Shown here: positions 50,659 to 60,888 of the stretch, piece by piece | Position numbering within the stretch: the stretch's first letter is position 1 | How the letters are laid out: the number at the start of each line of letters is the position of its first letter | Notes under the pieces: model-generated | Seen by the model: only the letters and a program-made list of their open reading frames with translations | Databases searched by the model: none | Told to the model about the DNA's origin: nothing | NCBI GenBank assembly: GCA_963758915.1 | Contig: CAVWXH010000009.1 | Coordinates: 64,001-128,000, forward strand | DNA: 64,000 bases | Direction: 5' to 3' | Source of the DNA: an uncultured Methanomicrobiales archaeon | GTDB taxonomy: Archaea > Halobacteriota > Methanomicrobia > Methanomicrobiales > Methanospirillaceae | Position numbers and translations under genes: made by a program

Positions 50659-52545
50659 TCAGTGGATACCGGTAAACCGGTAAAAACCTACAGGCACTAT
50701 TATTTCGAATCGTGCGCCTTTGCCTGGTTTACCGGTCTCCTGAATAATGATACCGGTAATAGACAGGATTTCCCGGCAGAGAAAAAGACCAAGTCCGGTA
50801 TTTTTCCCAAAACTCCGTTCGAAGATCTTTTCTTTTTCATCTTCCGGAATACCAATACCATCGTCTTCAAAAATCAGGCTAAGTCCGTCTCCGGTTTCTT
50901 CGTACCGGAGAATCAGTTCTGTCACAACTCCGGCGTGTTTCAGGACGTTGTCAACAAGGGTTAAAAAGGCGTTCTCAAGCAGTGGATCTGCATAAATTTC
51001 CAGGTTATGTACATTAATCTTCCGTGACATCTCCAGGGGTGGCAGGTGCGAAATTGCCATGACGAACACATGGCTCACATTCTGCCACCTGGGTTGATGA
51101 ATTCCCATATCCTGGTAATTTTTTGCAAACTGTAAGCTCCCAACTATTTTTTGCGTCAGCATTTCACTTTTTTCAAGGTGTTTTTTCTGTGTTTCATCGA
51201 CGAGATCCATGCGGATTAACCAGAGATATCCGGAGAGGGTAAAGATTGCGCTGCTGATGTCCTGGAATGTAAGCGTGTTCAGGAGGTTCAGTTTCTTGCG
51301 GGCCTGTTCAAGGGCCTGCTGGCTTTTATTGACTTCCCTGATACCTTCCCGCAACGCCTGTTCAGTGGCCATGAGTTCTTCATATGCTGCACTGAGTTCC
51401 TCATTCGCCCGTGATAGTTCCGATTCAACCTGTTTACGGTTATTAATTTCCGTTTCGAGTTTTAAAACCGAGGCCGCAAGTTGTTCAGTACGGTCCCTGA
51501 CCCTGGATTCAAGTTCCTCTTCTGTCCGCTTGCGGTCCGTTATATCCAGGAGGACACCCCTGATACCTGCAGGCCTGCCGTTATGAACGATGGTATCTGA
51601 ATAGACAATGACCGGGAATGTGCTGCCATCCTTCTTTCGAGCAGTATACTCAATTCCACCAGGCTTTTCTCCCCGTAACTGAGCAGCAAAAAACATTGCT
51701 GCCCGTTCCCGGTCACCGGGTACCAGCATTTCCATGCAATTTATGCCATTCTTAAGTTCTTCATTTGTAAATCCAAAGGTTTCAAGGGCAATACGGTTTG
51801 TCGAGGTAACAGTCCCCCACTCATCAGTTTCAAAAATCGTCTGGGGCAACAGCTCAACGAAATCCTTGAATTTTTTCTCACTCTCCGCGATTTTACGATC
51901 AAACTCTGCCCGCCGGTTCTCGAGCCCCAGGATCCCGACCATAACAGCGATCATGGCAAGGATGCCGATAATGAAGACGACCATGTTTGCACGGTTCAGC
52001 CCTGCCATGACGACATAGCTGTCCATGTCAACACCAACAATGCCCACAACATTTCCTGATCGGTCTCTGATCGGGGAAAAGCCTGATAATACAGTCCCCC
52101 ATTCATCTGTTGTAAATTCTCGGTTGGCCGTAGGGGTGAGGAAACCCTGGATTAGTCCGGGTTCGGGTCCAGGATACACATCTCCGATATTCGCCGCTAA
52201 CGGGTCGTACCCGTAATCACCATCAACCACAAACTCAACCGCGTCACCGTTTTTTCGCATGGTATAGATGGCCCGGATATCCGGCGTCACCTGTAAAGCA
52301 TGCCTGATCTGGTCCCTGATACGGACAAAACGCGGTGTATCTTCTTCGCCGCTTTTTATCTGTGCGAATTCATCACCATCAACCTGGGACGCCATTACCG
52401 ATGCAACGGAGACCAGCTTTTCCTGTACTCCCTCTTTCAGAGATTTTTGCGTTTCCAGTGAAATTGAATATACGGCGAGGAATGTTATAACGAGAATCAA
52501 TATGAGTAACAGAATTGAAATATTACGGGGAATCTTAACATTCAT
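50659..52545 (-). CDS. Membrane sensor kinase-like protein (extracellular Cache-like domain, PAS, HATPase)
   Basis: 2 TMs, TDEWGTVLSGFSPI, PAS ending DITDRK, EDDGIGI/TGLGL boxes. Confidence 0.9.
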   Translation of the reverse strand: MNVKIPRNISILLLILILVITFLAVYSISLETQKSLKEGVQEKLVSVASVMASQVDGDEFAQIKSGEEDTPRFVRIRDQIRHALQVTPDIRAIYTMRKNGDAVEFVVDGDYGYDPLAANIGDVYPGPEPGLIQGFLTPTANREFTTDEWGTVLSGFSPIRDRSGNVVGIVGVDMDSYVVMAGLNRANMVVFIIGILAMIAVMVGILGLENRRAEFDRKIAESEKKFKDFVELLPQTIFETDEWGTVTSTNRIALETFGFTNEELKNGINCMEMLVPGDRERAAMFFAAQLRGEKPGGIEYTARKKDGSTFPVIVYSDTIVHNGRPAGIRGVLLDITDRKRTEEELESRVRDRTEQLAASVLKLETEINNRKQVESELSRANEELSAAYEELMATEQALREGIREVNKSQQALEQARKKLNLLNTLTFQDISSAIFTLSGYLWLIRMDLVDETQKKHLEKSEMLTQKIVGSLQFAKNYQDMGIHQPRWQNVSHVFVMAISHLPPLEMSRKINVHNLEIYADPLLENAFLTLVDNVLKHAGVVTELILRYEETGDGLSLIFEDDGIGIPEDEKEKIFERSFGKNTGLGLFLCREILSITGIIIQETGKPGKGARFEIIVPVGFYRFTGIH

Positions 52546-52638
52546 GCCAGGTTCACTCACGCAGTGATAATTTTATCAGGGGTTCCACGCTTATAGGTTT
52601 CGTTTATTTTAGGGGTTTTTCCAGATTTGCAATTTTTC

Positions 52639-53059
52639 GCTCTGTTGAAACACACATGAACGGAAAGTTCACACCCGGGCTATGAAAATGCCCTTTCAAA
52701 ATCACTTCATATTGGAGTTCGTTCACGCATTTATACAATATGAAAATCCCCACTGGCAATTTCATGTTGTATGCTTGTGGCCCTTCGGCATCATGCCTGT
52801 TTTCATGGGAAATCCTCTCGAATCTATCTTGCAGATTGGTAATTCCAAAATTTCATCACGTTCCCGGGTCTCACGGCCCGCCGCTTTGGCGACCCCGGTT
52901 GGGATAGAGACGATTCCCCCAATACTCTGAATTTAATGAGCCTTTGGAAAAACCTGCCTAAAAGATATCTTGTCGGGGGTGGTAGAGGGAGGGGTGAAAT
53001 TCCCTCCTTTTATGTATTTTACCTTCCTGTTTCTAAACAAGCAGGGTATCAATATAACC
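52639..53059 (+). mobile_element. Composite repeat R10 (TIR, module B, core A)
   Basis: GCTCTGTTGAAACACACATGAAC...TTTCATGGGAAATCCTCTCGAATCTATC...core; reverse-complement arrangement of 56171-56523. Confidence 0.85.
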
Positions 53060-53567
53060 TATAATCCGAAAGGCGCGTCCCATTTGTGGGCACAGGTATT
53101 ACAATGACATTTCGCTACCATTTGTCCGGTTTCAGTAGTGACAAGGTCGTCAAACTCTGTATCTTTTGATTTACAGTTCGGACAAAGAATATCTGCCATA
53201 TGGAAAGATCACCGGGAAACCGAAAGCTACTGTCAGAATACTATGATTTCAGGGTATTTCAACCTCACTAAACACAGAGAAGGTTATTGCCATCCATTGG
53301 GGGGGCCGGGGGTTTCCTACTTCTTCAGCTGGCACCTGGGTCCTGGCGAGTCCCTGTCTGGCATTGTGATCCCGGGCCATGAACCTGACAACTACCTCCC
53401 GGTTTCCCGGATATAGTAGTTCAGAATGCAGACTGCGGAAGCGTCACCTCGGAAGGTCTAATATACACGGGGTACCTTATGGAATCCTGTAGGAGTTCAC
53501 TTAGAACAACTCCTGACTCACAAATCAGGCTGGCAGTACCCTGGCCGTGGGCAGGATACAGGGGACC

Positions 53568-54599
53568 ATGTTTGAAATTGCGGTCATCACCATAGTACTT
53601 GCGTTGGTATTCACCTTTACCAACGGGTTCCAGGACGCGAGTTCTCTCGCAGCTACATTTATTGCGTCCCGTTCAGCAACCCCGAAGCAGGGTGTTATCT
53701 TAATTGCATTCGTGTCATTCCTGGGGGCAATCCTTGGTGGAAGTGCCGTGGCATTTACCTTGTCGGGACTGATTACCACGGGTTCGGGGACCCAGACCAT
53801 ATGGATAATGTTTGTAGCAATAACTGTCGCGATCGGCTGGAACCTCATCACCTGGTGGTTCGGCCTTCCTTCTTCATCAACCCACGCATTAATAGGAGGC
53901 CTGATCGGTGCAGGAATGGCATCGGCCGGAATTGGAGGGGTTTTATGGGGCGTGGGGGGCCTGGCCGGGCCGTCGCACCAGCTTGAAGGGGTCGTTAAAA
54001 TTCTCGTCTTTTTCATTCTCTCCATCGTTATCGGGTTTGCAGGCAGTTTTTTTTTACACAAGATCACCATGCTGCTACTCCGGAATGCAAAACGGAAGAT
54101 AAATACTGGTATTATGCACCTGAACTGGATAGCAGCGGCAGTGATGGGTTTTTTCAACGGGGCAAATGATACCCAGAAGCAGCTTGGTATCATCGCCCTG
54201 GTGTTGTTTGCCGCCGGCCAGACTTCTTCCCCTGATCTGATACCCGTCTGGGCACGCGTTGCCTGTGCGGTACTGATGAGTGTGGGGATAATCGGGGGTG
54301 GATGGCGGATCATGCATACACTTGGCAACCGCTTGTTTAAGATTGAACCAGTCCATTCCTTTGATTCCCAGTTTTCTTCAGGTGCAGCCATAGCAGTTTC
54401 CACGATTGCAGGGGCCCCGGTCTCTTCAACACAGGTCATCACCTCCTCGGTACTGGGGGTCGGGGCTGCAGAGAATGCACGAAAAGTTAAATGGTCGGTA
54501 GGAAAGGATATCCTCATTGCAATGCTGGTAACAATCCCATCAACAACCATCGCAGCCGCCCTGATGTATACGGTTATTTCCCCATTCACAGGAGCCTGA
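53568..54599 (+). CDS. PiT-family inorganic phosphate transporter
   Basis: NGFQDA, GLPSSSTHA, NGANDTQK, APVSSTQ. Confidence 0.93.
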   Translation: MFEIAVITIVLALVFTFTNGFQDASSLAATFIASRSATPKQGVILIAFVSFLGAILGGSAVAFTLSGLITTGSGTQTIWIMFVAITVAIGWNLITWWFGLPSSSTHALIGGLIGAGMASAGIGGVLWGVGGLAGPSHQLEGVVKILVFFILSIVIGFAGSFFLHKITMLLLRNAKRKINTGIMHLNWIAAAVMGFFNGANDTQKQLGIIALVLFAAGQTSSPDLIPVWARVACAVLMSVGIIGGGWRIMHTLGNRLFKIEPVHSFDSQFSSGAAIAVSTIAGAPVSSTQVITSSVLGVGAAENARKVKWSVGKDILIAMLVTIPSTTIAAALMYTVISPFTGA

Positions 54600-54605
54600 A
54601 CGATA

Positions 54606-55260
54606 ATGAACGAAAAAAAGTCCGAACATGAAAAAAAGATGAAACAAAGTATTTTCAACTCAATCTTCCCGAGGGAATACAACTTTGAAGAAATGCTTGC
54701 AGAACAGGCAGATAAAACCCTTACAGGTGTAGAAACCTTCGTAATCTGGCTCAATTCCAGCCCCCTTACATACCCTGTTCACCTTGTGCAGATTGAAGAA
54801 GAAGTAGATGCCATGCGTCACCGGATGGAAGATCAAGCTGATTAACTCATTCTCCACCCCGTTTGACCGGCAGGATATCTATGACCTCTCCAGGCAGATG
54901 GACTATCTCCTGAATTTTTCAAAAGAGACGGCTATTGAAATGTATACGTTTGGCGTCGGGGCTGACAAAACAATACTTGCAATGGCAGAAGCCCTGCTAA
55001 GGGGTACCGCCTTCACGGTGAAAGGGGTGAAGATCATGAACACTGATAAAGGCGGGGTGGAAGACCTCATCAGGAAAGCCAGTGATGCAGACCACGAAAT
55101 TAAGGCCCTGTACGTTGCAGGAATGGCAGAGTTGTTCAGGACTGATGACCCGATGAACGCCCTGAAAAATCGGGAGATCTACAACCACCTGCGCGACGCA
55201 GGCCGGGCATTACGAAGGACCCTTGACATCCTCCACCATTCGGTCGTCGGGCTCTTGTAA
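54606..55260 (+). pseudogene. DUF47/PhoU-like phosphate transport regulator, frameshifted near 54830
   Basis: ...EEEVDAMRHRME joins IKLINSFSTPFDRQDIY if one base is removed; follows PiT gene. Confidence 0.85.
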
Positions 55261-55286
55261 ACAAATTCATAATAAAAGAATCAGGA

Positions 55287-55371
55287 TGCGAGGGATGGGA
55301 TTTGAACCCAAGAACCCCTTCGAGACTAGGCCCTCAACCTAGCGCCTTTGACCTAACTTGGCTACCCTCGC
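55287..55371 (-). tRNA. tRNA-Leu (GAG)
   Basis: Reverse complement GCGAGGGTAGCCAAG...CTAGG-TTGAGGG-CCTAG...long variable arm...GGTTCAAATCCC-ATCCCTCGCA; CCA not encoded. Confidence 0.95.
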
Positions 55372-55543
55372 TCTCGCGCCATAACAATGAGGATGTCTAT
55401 CTAAAATAATGTATCCATCTGGTTATCAAGGATCCCTTCAATCCATGAGTGTTCCCGTAGTAAGCCGGAGGAAAATCCATCCGGTACATTGAATACCACT
55501 ACACCGATGTATTTTTATATCCACCAACAGGAGATCTCATTCC

Positions 55544-56044
55544 ATGTGGTCTGATATCATTCACGAGTTTGCCGATTCCCCGTCCCAGAGTAAAGTAGTA
55601 CGTTTTCTGCTCGAGAACGGTTTTGGTATCAACAATTCCGGCCGGGTAACGTGTAACGGGATTGAGGTCCCTGCCACGCAGATCGCAAAGGCAATCGGAT
55701 CTGACCGCCGCGTTGTCGATGCAACAGCGCACCGTATCCTTACCATACCATCGCTCCGCGAGATCTTCATCAGGATGAGGGTGACTCCGGACCTGTCAAA
55801 TGTCGCCGAATCACTCGGGCTTACGGTAATAACGGTCCTCCCTAAAAATGCTTCAGAGCGGGGAATTGTCGGCGCTGCAGTCAGGGTACTCAGCGGTCAC
55901 AGCCTCTCTATCCGCCAGATATTTGTTACAGACCCGCAGTTGTCAGAAGAGCCAAAACTCGTTATTATTGTCGATGAAGTACTCCCCCATGGTGTCATCG
56001 AGGAGATCCGGGCCCTTCCCCAGGTAAGAAAAGTAATTATTTAG
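55544..56044 (+). CDS. ACT-domain amino-acid metabolism regulator (COG2150)
   Basis: N-terminal HTH-like IAKAIGSDRRVVD; C-terminal ACT domain ISIRQ..DP. Confidence 0.88.
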   Translation: MWSDIIHEFADSPSQSKVVRFLLENGFGINNSGRVTCNGIEVPATQIAKAIGSDRRVVDATAHRILTIPSLREIFIRMRVTPDLSNVAESLGLTVITVLPKNASERGIVGAAVRVLSGHSLSIRQIFVTDPQLSEEPKLVIIVDEVLPHGVIEEIRALPQVRKVII

Positions 56045-56523
56045 GCGGGTATAAAAAACTCCGGCAAAACAATCTGAAAGGCCACCTTATTCATGTTCAC
56101 CTTTGAGCTAAAAGGCTCATAGCACGCTCTATCTCTATAGAAACAAAGCCAAAAATAATTTAAAAAAAACGACTTTGTTGAAACCCTTCGGTGTCATAAA
56201 AAATCAGAGGGAAATACGAAGACAGGAGGGGGTTTCACCCCCTCCCTGCCCCACCCCCATTAAGATATTCTTCGGGCAGGGTTTCCCGAAGGTTCATTAA
56301 ATTCAGAGTATTTTTGGGTAGTCTCTATCCCAACCAGGATCGCCAAAGCGGCGGGCCATGAGCCCCGGGAGCGTGACGAAATTTTGGAATTCCCCATCTA
56401 TAAGATAGATTTGAGAGGATTTCCCATGAAAATGCCTGAACGAACGTCAATATGAAGAAATTTTGAAAGGGCATTTTCATGGTTTGGGTGTGAACTTCCC
56501 GTTCATGTGTGTTTCTACAGAGC
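56045..56523 (-). mobile_element. Composite repeat R11 (module C, TIR, core A reversed, module B, TIR)
   Basis: GACTTTGTTGAAAC (56171) ... GTTTCTACAGAGC (56523); starts at the ACT gene stop. Confidence 0.88.
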
Positions 56524-56541
56524 GAAAAAAACGACTTATTG

Positions 56542-57183
56542 TTATAATTGCGATAAGCTGCGGGAGAATTCGCTCACCCTGGCCGCTGCATCAGTTTTTA
56601 AGGGGCTGCCATGCCCCGGAAGCATCAGGTCATAATCGAGACCGGATAATGCAATGATTGAACTTTTAACTTCTTCCATGTTATCCGACGATTCTTCCCC
56701 CGGACATTGGACTTTCCCATCATCATAACCAAGCGTGTCTCCGGTGAATAAGATCCTCCGGTTGGGGTCATACAAGGCAATGCTACCCGCAGTATGCCCG
56801 GGGCAGTGGACGCAGGTGAGTCCTGCAATTTTGTCCCCGTCCTGTAATAATGTGTCCGGGGTCAGGTGCTGTATTGGAGTACACCTCTCTGGCATCTCCT
56901 TCTTTCCGGATACGTAGTCTGCATCATCGGCATGGATAGCAATTATTGCACCGGTGAGATTTTTTAATTCATATACATTCCCTGAATGGCCTGCATGATA
57001 ATGGGTGAGAATAATCGTCGTCACATCATTTGGAGAACGCTTGAGTCCAACCCGGATGTAATTGATTATTTTCCTGCTGTTGCCGGGGAGTCCGGTGTCA
57101 ATGACCACCATCTTTTTCCCGTTGATAATGTAACTGTTCCCAATGATCCCGTCAACCTGATGAACCCCCCGGACTATCTCCAT
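56542..57183 (-). CDS. Metallo-beta-lactamase-fold hydrolase
   Basis: IDTG, THYHAGH (Asp of HxHxDH replaced by Gly), PGHT, FTGD, PGHG. Confidence 0.9.
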   Translation of the reverse strand: MEIVRGVHQVDGIIGNSYIINGKKMVVIDTGLPGNSRKIINYIRVGLKRSPNDVTTIILTHYHAGHSGNVYELKNLTGAIIAIHADDADYVSGKKEMPERCTPIQHLTPDTLLQDGDKIAGLTCVHCPGHTAGSIALYDPNRRILFTGDTLGYDDGKVQCPGEESSDNMEEVKSSIIALSGLDYDLMLPGHGSPLKTDAAARVSEFSRSLSQL

Positions 57184-57387
57184 AGTAACACCCGCTCAAA
57201 TTTTGTCTTTTAAAAAATTATAAAAGATTTTTGTGCCACAAGCCGGGCACAGTACGTTGTCCTGTACATATTATCCCGCATTCCTTATTATCAGGATCTA
57301 TTGGTGACGGAACGGGTCCGGCAGGAACGAGATCAAACGTTCAGTTAAAACACGGCAATTTCTAAAAAAAAGGGAGATATGATAGAT

Positions 57388-58032
57388 TTAACCTGAGAAC
57401 GGCCTTGGTAACAGCGAGACGAGTGCGCCAAAAAATGTTGAGACCACGCTGATGCCCAATACGAGCATAATCAGTCCCAGGACAACCGGAATGACGACAA
57501 CAAATACTGCTTTTTCAAATGATAACCCGTTGTTGTCCCTGAACCCGAGAATAAGGAGCACAAACGACCAGACCCACCCGATGATACAGACAAAGGGGAT
57601 CCAGCCAAGCAGGAGTCCGGGAGTTGCCGCGAACATGGTCGTTTTGAGGGTTTCCTTCACACCTTTCCTGCCATCCATCAGGATTACAAAGACATGGAGG
57701 AGGAATCCCACAAGGAAGACCCCGAACAGCAGGGCCATGAAAACCATGTACACGTAGAACAACTGCGAGACCATGACAAAGGTCCCGAATTTTGCCAGCT
57801 GTGCGGATAGTACCTTACCGATAAGGGGGACCATCGAAAGCTGCTGTACGTAGCCGTTGAACATGAAGGCCCCGACAGCGAGGGTAACAATCCCATAAAG
57901 AACAGTGAAGATAATCAGGAGCACGGCATAATACTGGTATGCAACTCCAAGGGATTTTGATCCTGCCTGTTTAAACGCTTCAACAGGTGACATGAGGAAA
58001 CCCTGGACATTTTTTACAAATTCATCTAACAT
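57388..58032 (-). CDS. Yip1-family membrane protein
   Basis: LMSPVEAF, 5 TMs, ATPGLLLGWIP. Confidence 0.85.
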   Translation of the reverse strand: MLDEFVKNVQGFLMSPVEAFKQAGSKSLGVAYQYYAVLLIIFTVLYGIVTLAVGAFMFNGYVQQLSMVPLIGKVLSAQLAKFGTFVMVSQLFYVYMVFMALLFGVFLVGFLLHVFVILMDGRKGVKETLKTTMFAATPGLLLGWIPFVCIIGWVWSFVLLILGFRDNNGLSFEKAVFVVVIPVVLGLIMLVLGISVVSTFFGALVSLLPRPFSG

Positions 58033-58240
58033 ATACACACTTCACGATATGTGATTAAATAAAGATTTCTGTGGTTTTTCTCAAAATCATATAATAACAC
58101 CACATATACTCATCCAATTACGAATCAGGGGCCTTTGCATTACCAACATTCGCCATACAAAAACAGGCAGTGGATCATTTCGAACCTGGCGAAGGAACTA
58201 CATAGATGGGATGTAACGTATTCTTTGTGATGTGAGTTCC

Positions 58241-59833
58241 ATGGCCGGGCTGAATGAGGACTATTACAAGGAGATTATCGACTTCCTGCCGGATGCGATG
58301 TTTGTTATCGATTCTTCAGGTACTATTATTGCCTGGAACAGGGCGATGGAGGAGATTACTGGTGTTCCGGCATCAGGGATGCTGGGGAAAGGGGACTATG
58401 AATATGCGATCCCATTCTATGGCGAACGGAAACCTATGCTTGCAAACCTTGTAATGATGGGGGAAGAGGAACTCACAGCAAGGTATAATACGGTCATAAA
58501 GACAGGGGACACCTTTGTCGTTGATATTTTCATCCCGGGCTTCAGGCCTGGCGGGGCCTGGTTCTGGGCAAAGGCCCGACCGCTCCGTGACCGGCAGGGG
58601 ACGATAACCGGCGCTATCGAGACGATCAGGGATATCACAGACAGGAAACAGGCAGAAGAGGAAACGGACCGGGCACGACAGAGACTTGCAGAGATCATCA
58701 GCTTCCTTCCCGACCCGACATTTGTGATCGACCGCAACGGGGTTGTCATCGCATGGAACAAGGCACTCGAGGAGCTGACGGGGACCTCAGCAGAACAGAT
58801 GATCGGGAAAGGGGATTACGAATATGCAATCCCATTTTACGGTGAGAGGAAACCCATGCTCGCGAACCTGATCTTCATGCCCGGAGAAGAGATCGGACTG
58901 CGGTACCACAGTGTCCAGAGGACCCGGGACACTCTCGTCGTCGATATTTTTATACCGGGTTTCCGGCCAGGAGGAGCATATTTCTGGGCTAAAGCAAGCC
59001 CCTTATATGACCCGGACGGCAATATTGCCGGTGCGATAGAAACGATCAGGGATATCACGGAGCGGATCCGGATTGAGCAGAAACTGGCACGTTCCAGTGC
59101 CGAACTACAGATCGCCGCAGAGATCCAGCAGAGCTTCCTCCCGGAGACATTACCGGAAATAAAAGGGTTCGATATTGCTGCCCGGAGTGTAATGGCGAAA
59201 GAAGTTGGCGGGGACTTTTTTGATGTGATTCCCTTCGAGGTGATCCCGCTGGAGCTGGGGAAGTATGGGATCCTTATTGCGGATGTTTCGGGGAAGGGAG
59301 TCCCGGCAGCACTTTTCATGGCCCTCTCGAGGATCGTTGTCAGGGTCAATGCACTCTGGCACCGGGACCCGGCAAAAGCAATTGGTTTTGCAAACGATAT
59401 CATCACGCAGGACTCAAAGGCAGGTATGTTCGTCACCCTGTTTTACGGGTCACTTTCAGAAAAGGAAAGGACCCTCACCTATGTAAATGCGGGACACAAT
59501 CCCCCGTTACTATACCGGTGCAGCACAAAAACATTTGAAGAACTCATGCCAACAGGCATATTCCTGGGGGGGTTGGAACATCAGGTATACTCGTCACGGA
59601 CCGTTGAAATCAGTGTAGGTGATATTGTCGTTCTCTATACTGACGGTATTACTGAGTCTATCAACGGGGACGAGGAGATGTTTGGCGAAGACAGGTTGAG
59701 ATTGATCATCCGGGATCACCCCGGGCTTTCCGCCATCGGTATCCTGGAAAAGATACTTGAAGAGGTCAGCTCCTTCGCAGTTGGCCAGCCCCAGTTTGAT
59801 GATATCACCCTGATGGTAATCAAAGGTCTTTAA
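58241..59833 (+). CDS. PAS-PAS-SpoIIE (PP2C/RsbU-like) phosphatase
   Basis: Two near-identical PAS units; VGGDFFD, ADVSGKG, NAGH, YTDG, DDIT. Confidence 0.93.
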   Translation: MAGLNEDYYKEIIDFLPDAMFVIDSSGTIIAWNRAMEEITGVPASGMLGKGDYEYAIPFYGERKPMLANLVMMGEEELTARYNTVIKTGDTFVVDIFIPGFRPGGAWFWAKARPLRDRQGTITGAIETIRDITDRKQAEEETDRARQRLAEIISFLPDPTFVIDRNGVVIAWNKALEELTGTSAEQMIGKGDYEYAIPFYGERKPMLANLIFMPGEEIGLRYHSVQRTRDTLVVDIFIPGFRPGGAYFWAKASPLYDPDGNIAGAIETIRDITERIRIEQKLARSSAELQIAAEIQQSFLPETLPEIKGFDIAARSVMAKEVGGDFFDVIPFEVIPLELGKYGILIADVSGKGVPAALFMALSRIVVRVNALWHRDPAKAIGFANDIITQDSKAGMFVTLFYGSLSEKERTLTYVNAGHNPPLLYRCSTKTFEELMPTGIFLGGLEHQVYSSRTVEISVGDIVVLYTDGITESINGDEEMFGEDRLRLIIRDHPGLSAIGILEKILEEVSSFAVGQPQFDDITLMVIKGL

Positions 59834-59937
59834 TGAACAGGTCCGCAGATGAACAGTGAACCTTGGGTTTTCCAACTTCTTTTCCGGCTATCCATTACAT
59901 CAGCTGTGTTTTAACCACATTTCATATTACAGGTTTT

Positions 59938-60393
59938 TCAGGTACTCTCTGGCGAGGGGATGTAAGAATCCCCCTTGGCCGGCAACACGGGTACATAGCT
60001 ATAGTCAGGTACTAACGAGTATTGTGAGACCCGGTATCCCTGGTAATAAGGCCAGGTTTCTATCCTGAAACTGGCACGTTCCCCGGGATTCATATTCGTA
60101 AGAGTGTCGTAGGTCGACCCGAGCAACGTTCCGTTCGCATCGAAGGTGGTCGCGACCAGGTATACCTTAACAATTGCTGTGGTCCCGGTATTCTGGGCTG
60201 TACCGGTCACGATGTAGGTCCCGCTGTGTTTATTTATTTCGCCGCTCTGGTTAATGACCGTTAAACTCGGAACGGGTCGTGAATCCTTATGAGGTGACGA
60301 GAGCGAAAGCAGAGGGAAGAAAAGGTACAGTACAAGAACCGTGAGAATGATGATACACAGCATCAGGAAGTACAGTACTTTTCTATATTCCAT
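59938..60393 (-). CDS. FxLYD-domain membrane-anchored protein
   Basis: TM, then VTGTAQNTG...ATTFDANGTLLG...MNPGERASF. Confidence 0.8.
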   Translation of the reverse strand: MEYRKVLYFLMLCIIILTVLVLYLFFPLLSLSSPHKDSRPVPSLTVINQSGEINKHSGTYIVTGTAQNTGTTAIVKVYLVATTFDANGTLLGSTYDTLTNMNPGERASFRIETWPYYQGYRVSQYSLVPDYSYVPVLPAKGDSYIPSPEST

Positions 60394-60489
60394 ACTATTC
60401 CGTATGGTTACTCTGATTTATTTATTCCCATTAATCCGCAGGGCTTGATCGTTGCCGGAATTGTTGGATAACAGAATAATCCCTTCAGA

Positions 60490-60873
60490 TTACCGTGTAC
60501 GAATTACCGGGGGGGACAACACTTTTGAAACCACGTCGAAAAGAACAGGAAAACTCACGGGTTTCATGACAAAATGTTCATAGTATTTTCCATACATATG
60601 GATATCATCAGGAGTTGGGGTTTTGCCTGACACCATTATCACCGGAATACGGCAGGAATCCGGATTTTTTTTAAGAGTCATCAGGGTCTGCCAGCCATCC
60701 ATCGGCTCCATCATCACGTCAAGAAGAATCAGGTCCGGGACATATGCCTGGATCATATCAATGCAATCCTGTCCGCCGCCTGCTGTGATCACATGGTAAC
60801 CTTTTCTCCGGAAGAACAGGGAAAATATCGATAAAATATCAGTATTATCGTCCACGAGGCATACGGTCCGCAA
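60490..60873 (-). CDS. Single-domain response regulator
   Basis: LVDD, DLILLDVMMEPMDG, MVSGK, MKP. Confidence 0.92.
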   Translation of the reverse strand: MRTVCLVDDNTDILSIFSLFFRRKGYHVITAGGGQDCIDMIQAYVPDLILLDVMMEPMDGWQTLMTLKKNPDSCRIPVIMVSGKTPTPDDIHMYGKYYEHFVMKPVSFPVLFDVVSKVLSPPVIRTR

Positions 60874-60888
60874 TATGGTCCACTCCGA

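Noticed and set aside
53138-53416. 92-aa ORF or possible leader RNA upstream of PiT
   Set aside because: No motif or recognisable riboswitch consensus that I can support.
53525-54754. 409-aa minus-strand ORF
   Set aside because: Antisense shadow of the PiT transporter.
55287-55371. tRNA-Leu as integration site of an island
   Set aside because: I saw no duplicate of the tRNA 3' end and no integrase in the window.
8132-56523. Repeats as a CRISPR array or autonomous IS
   Set aside because: Copies are dispersed, with no repeat-spacer periodicity, no cas genes and no transposase ORF.
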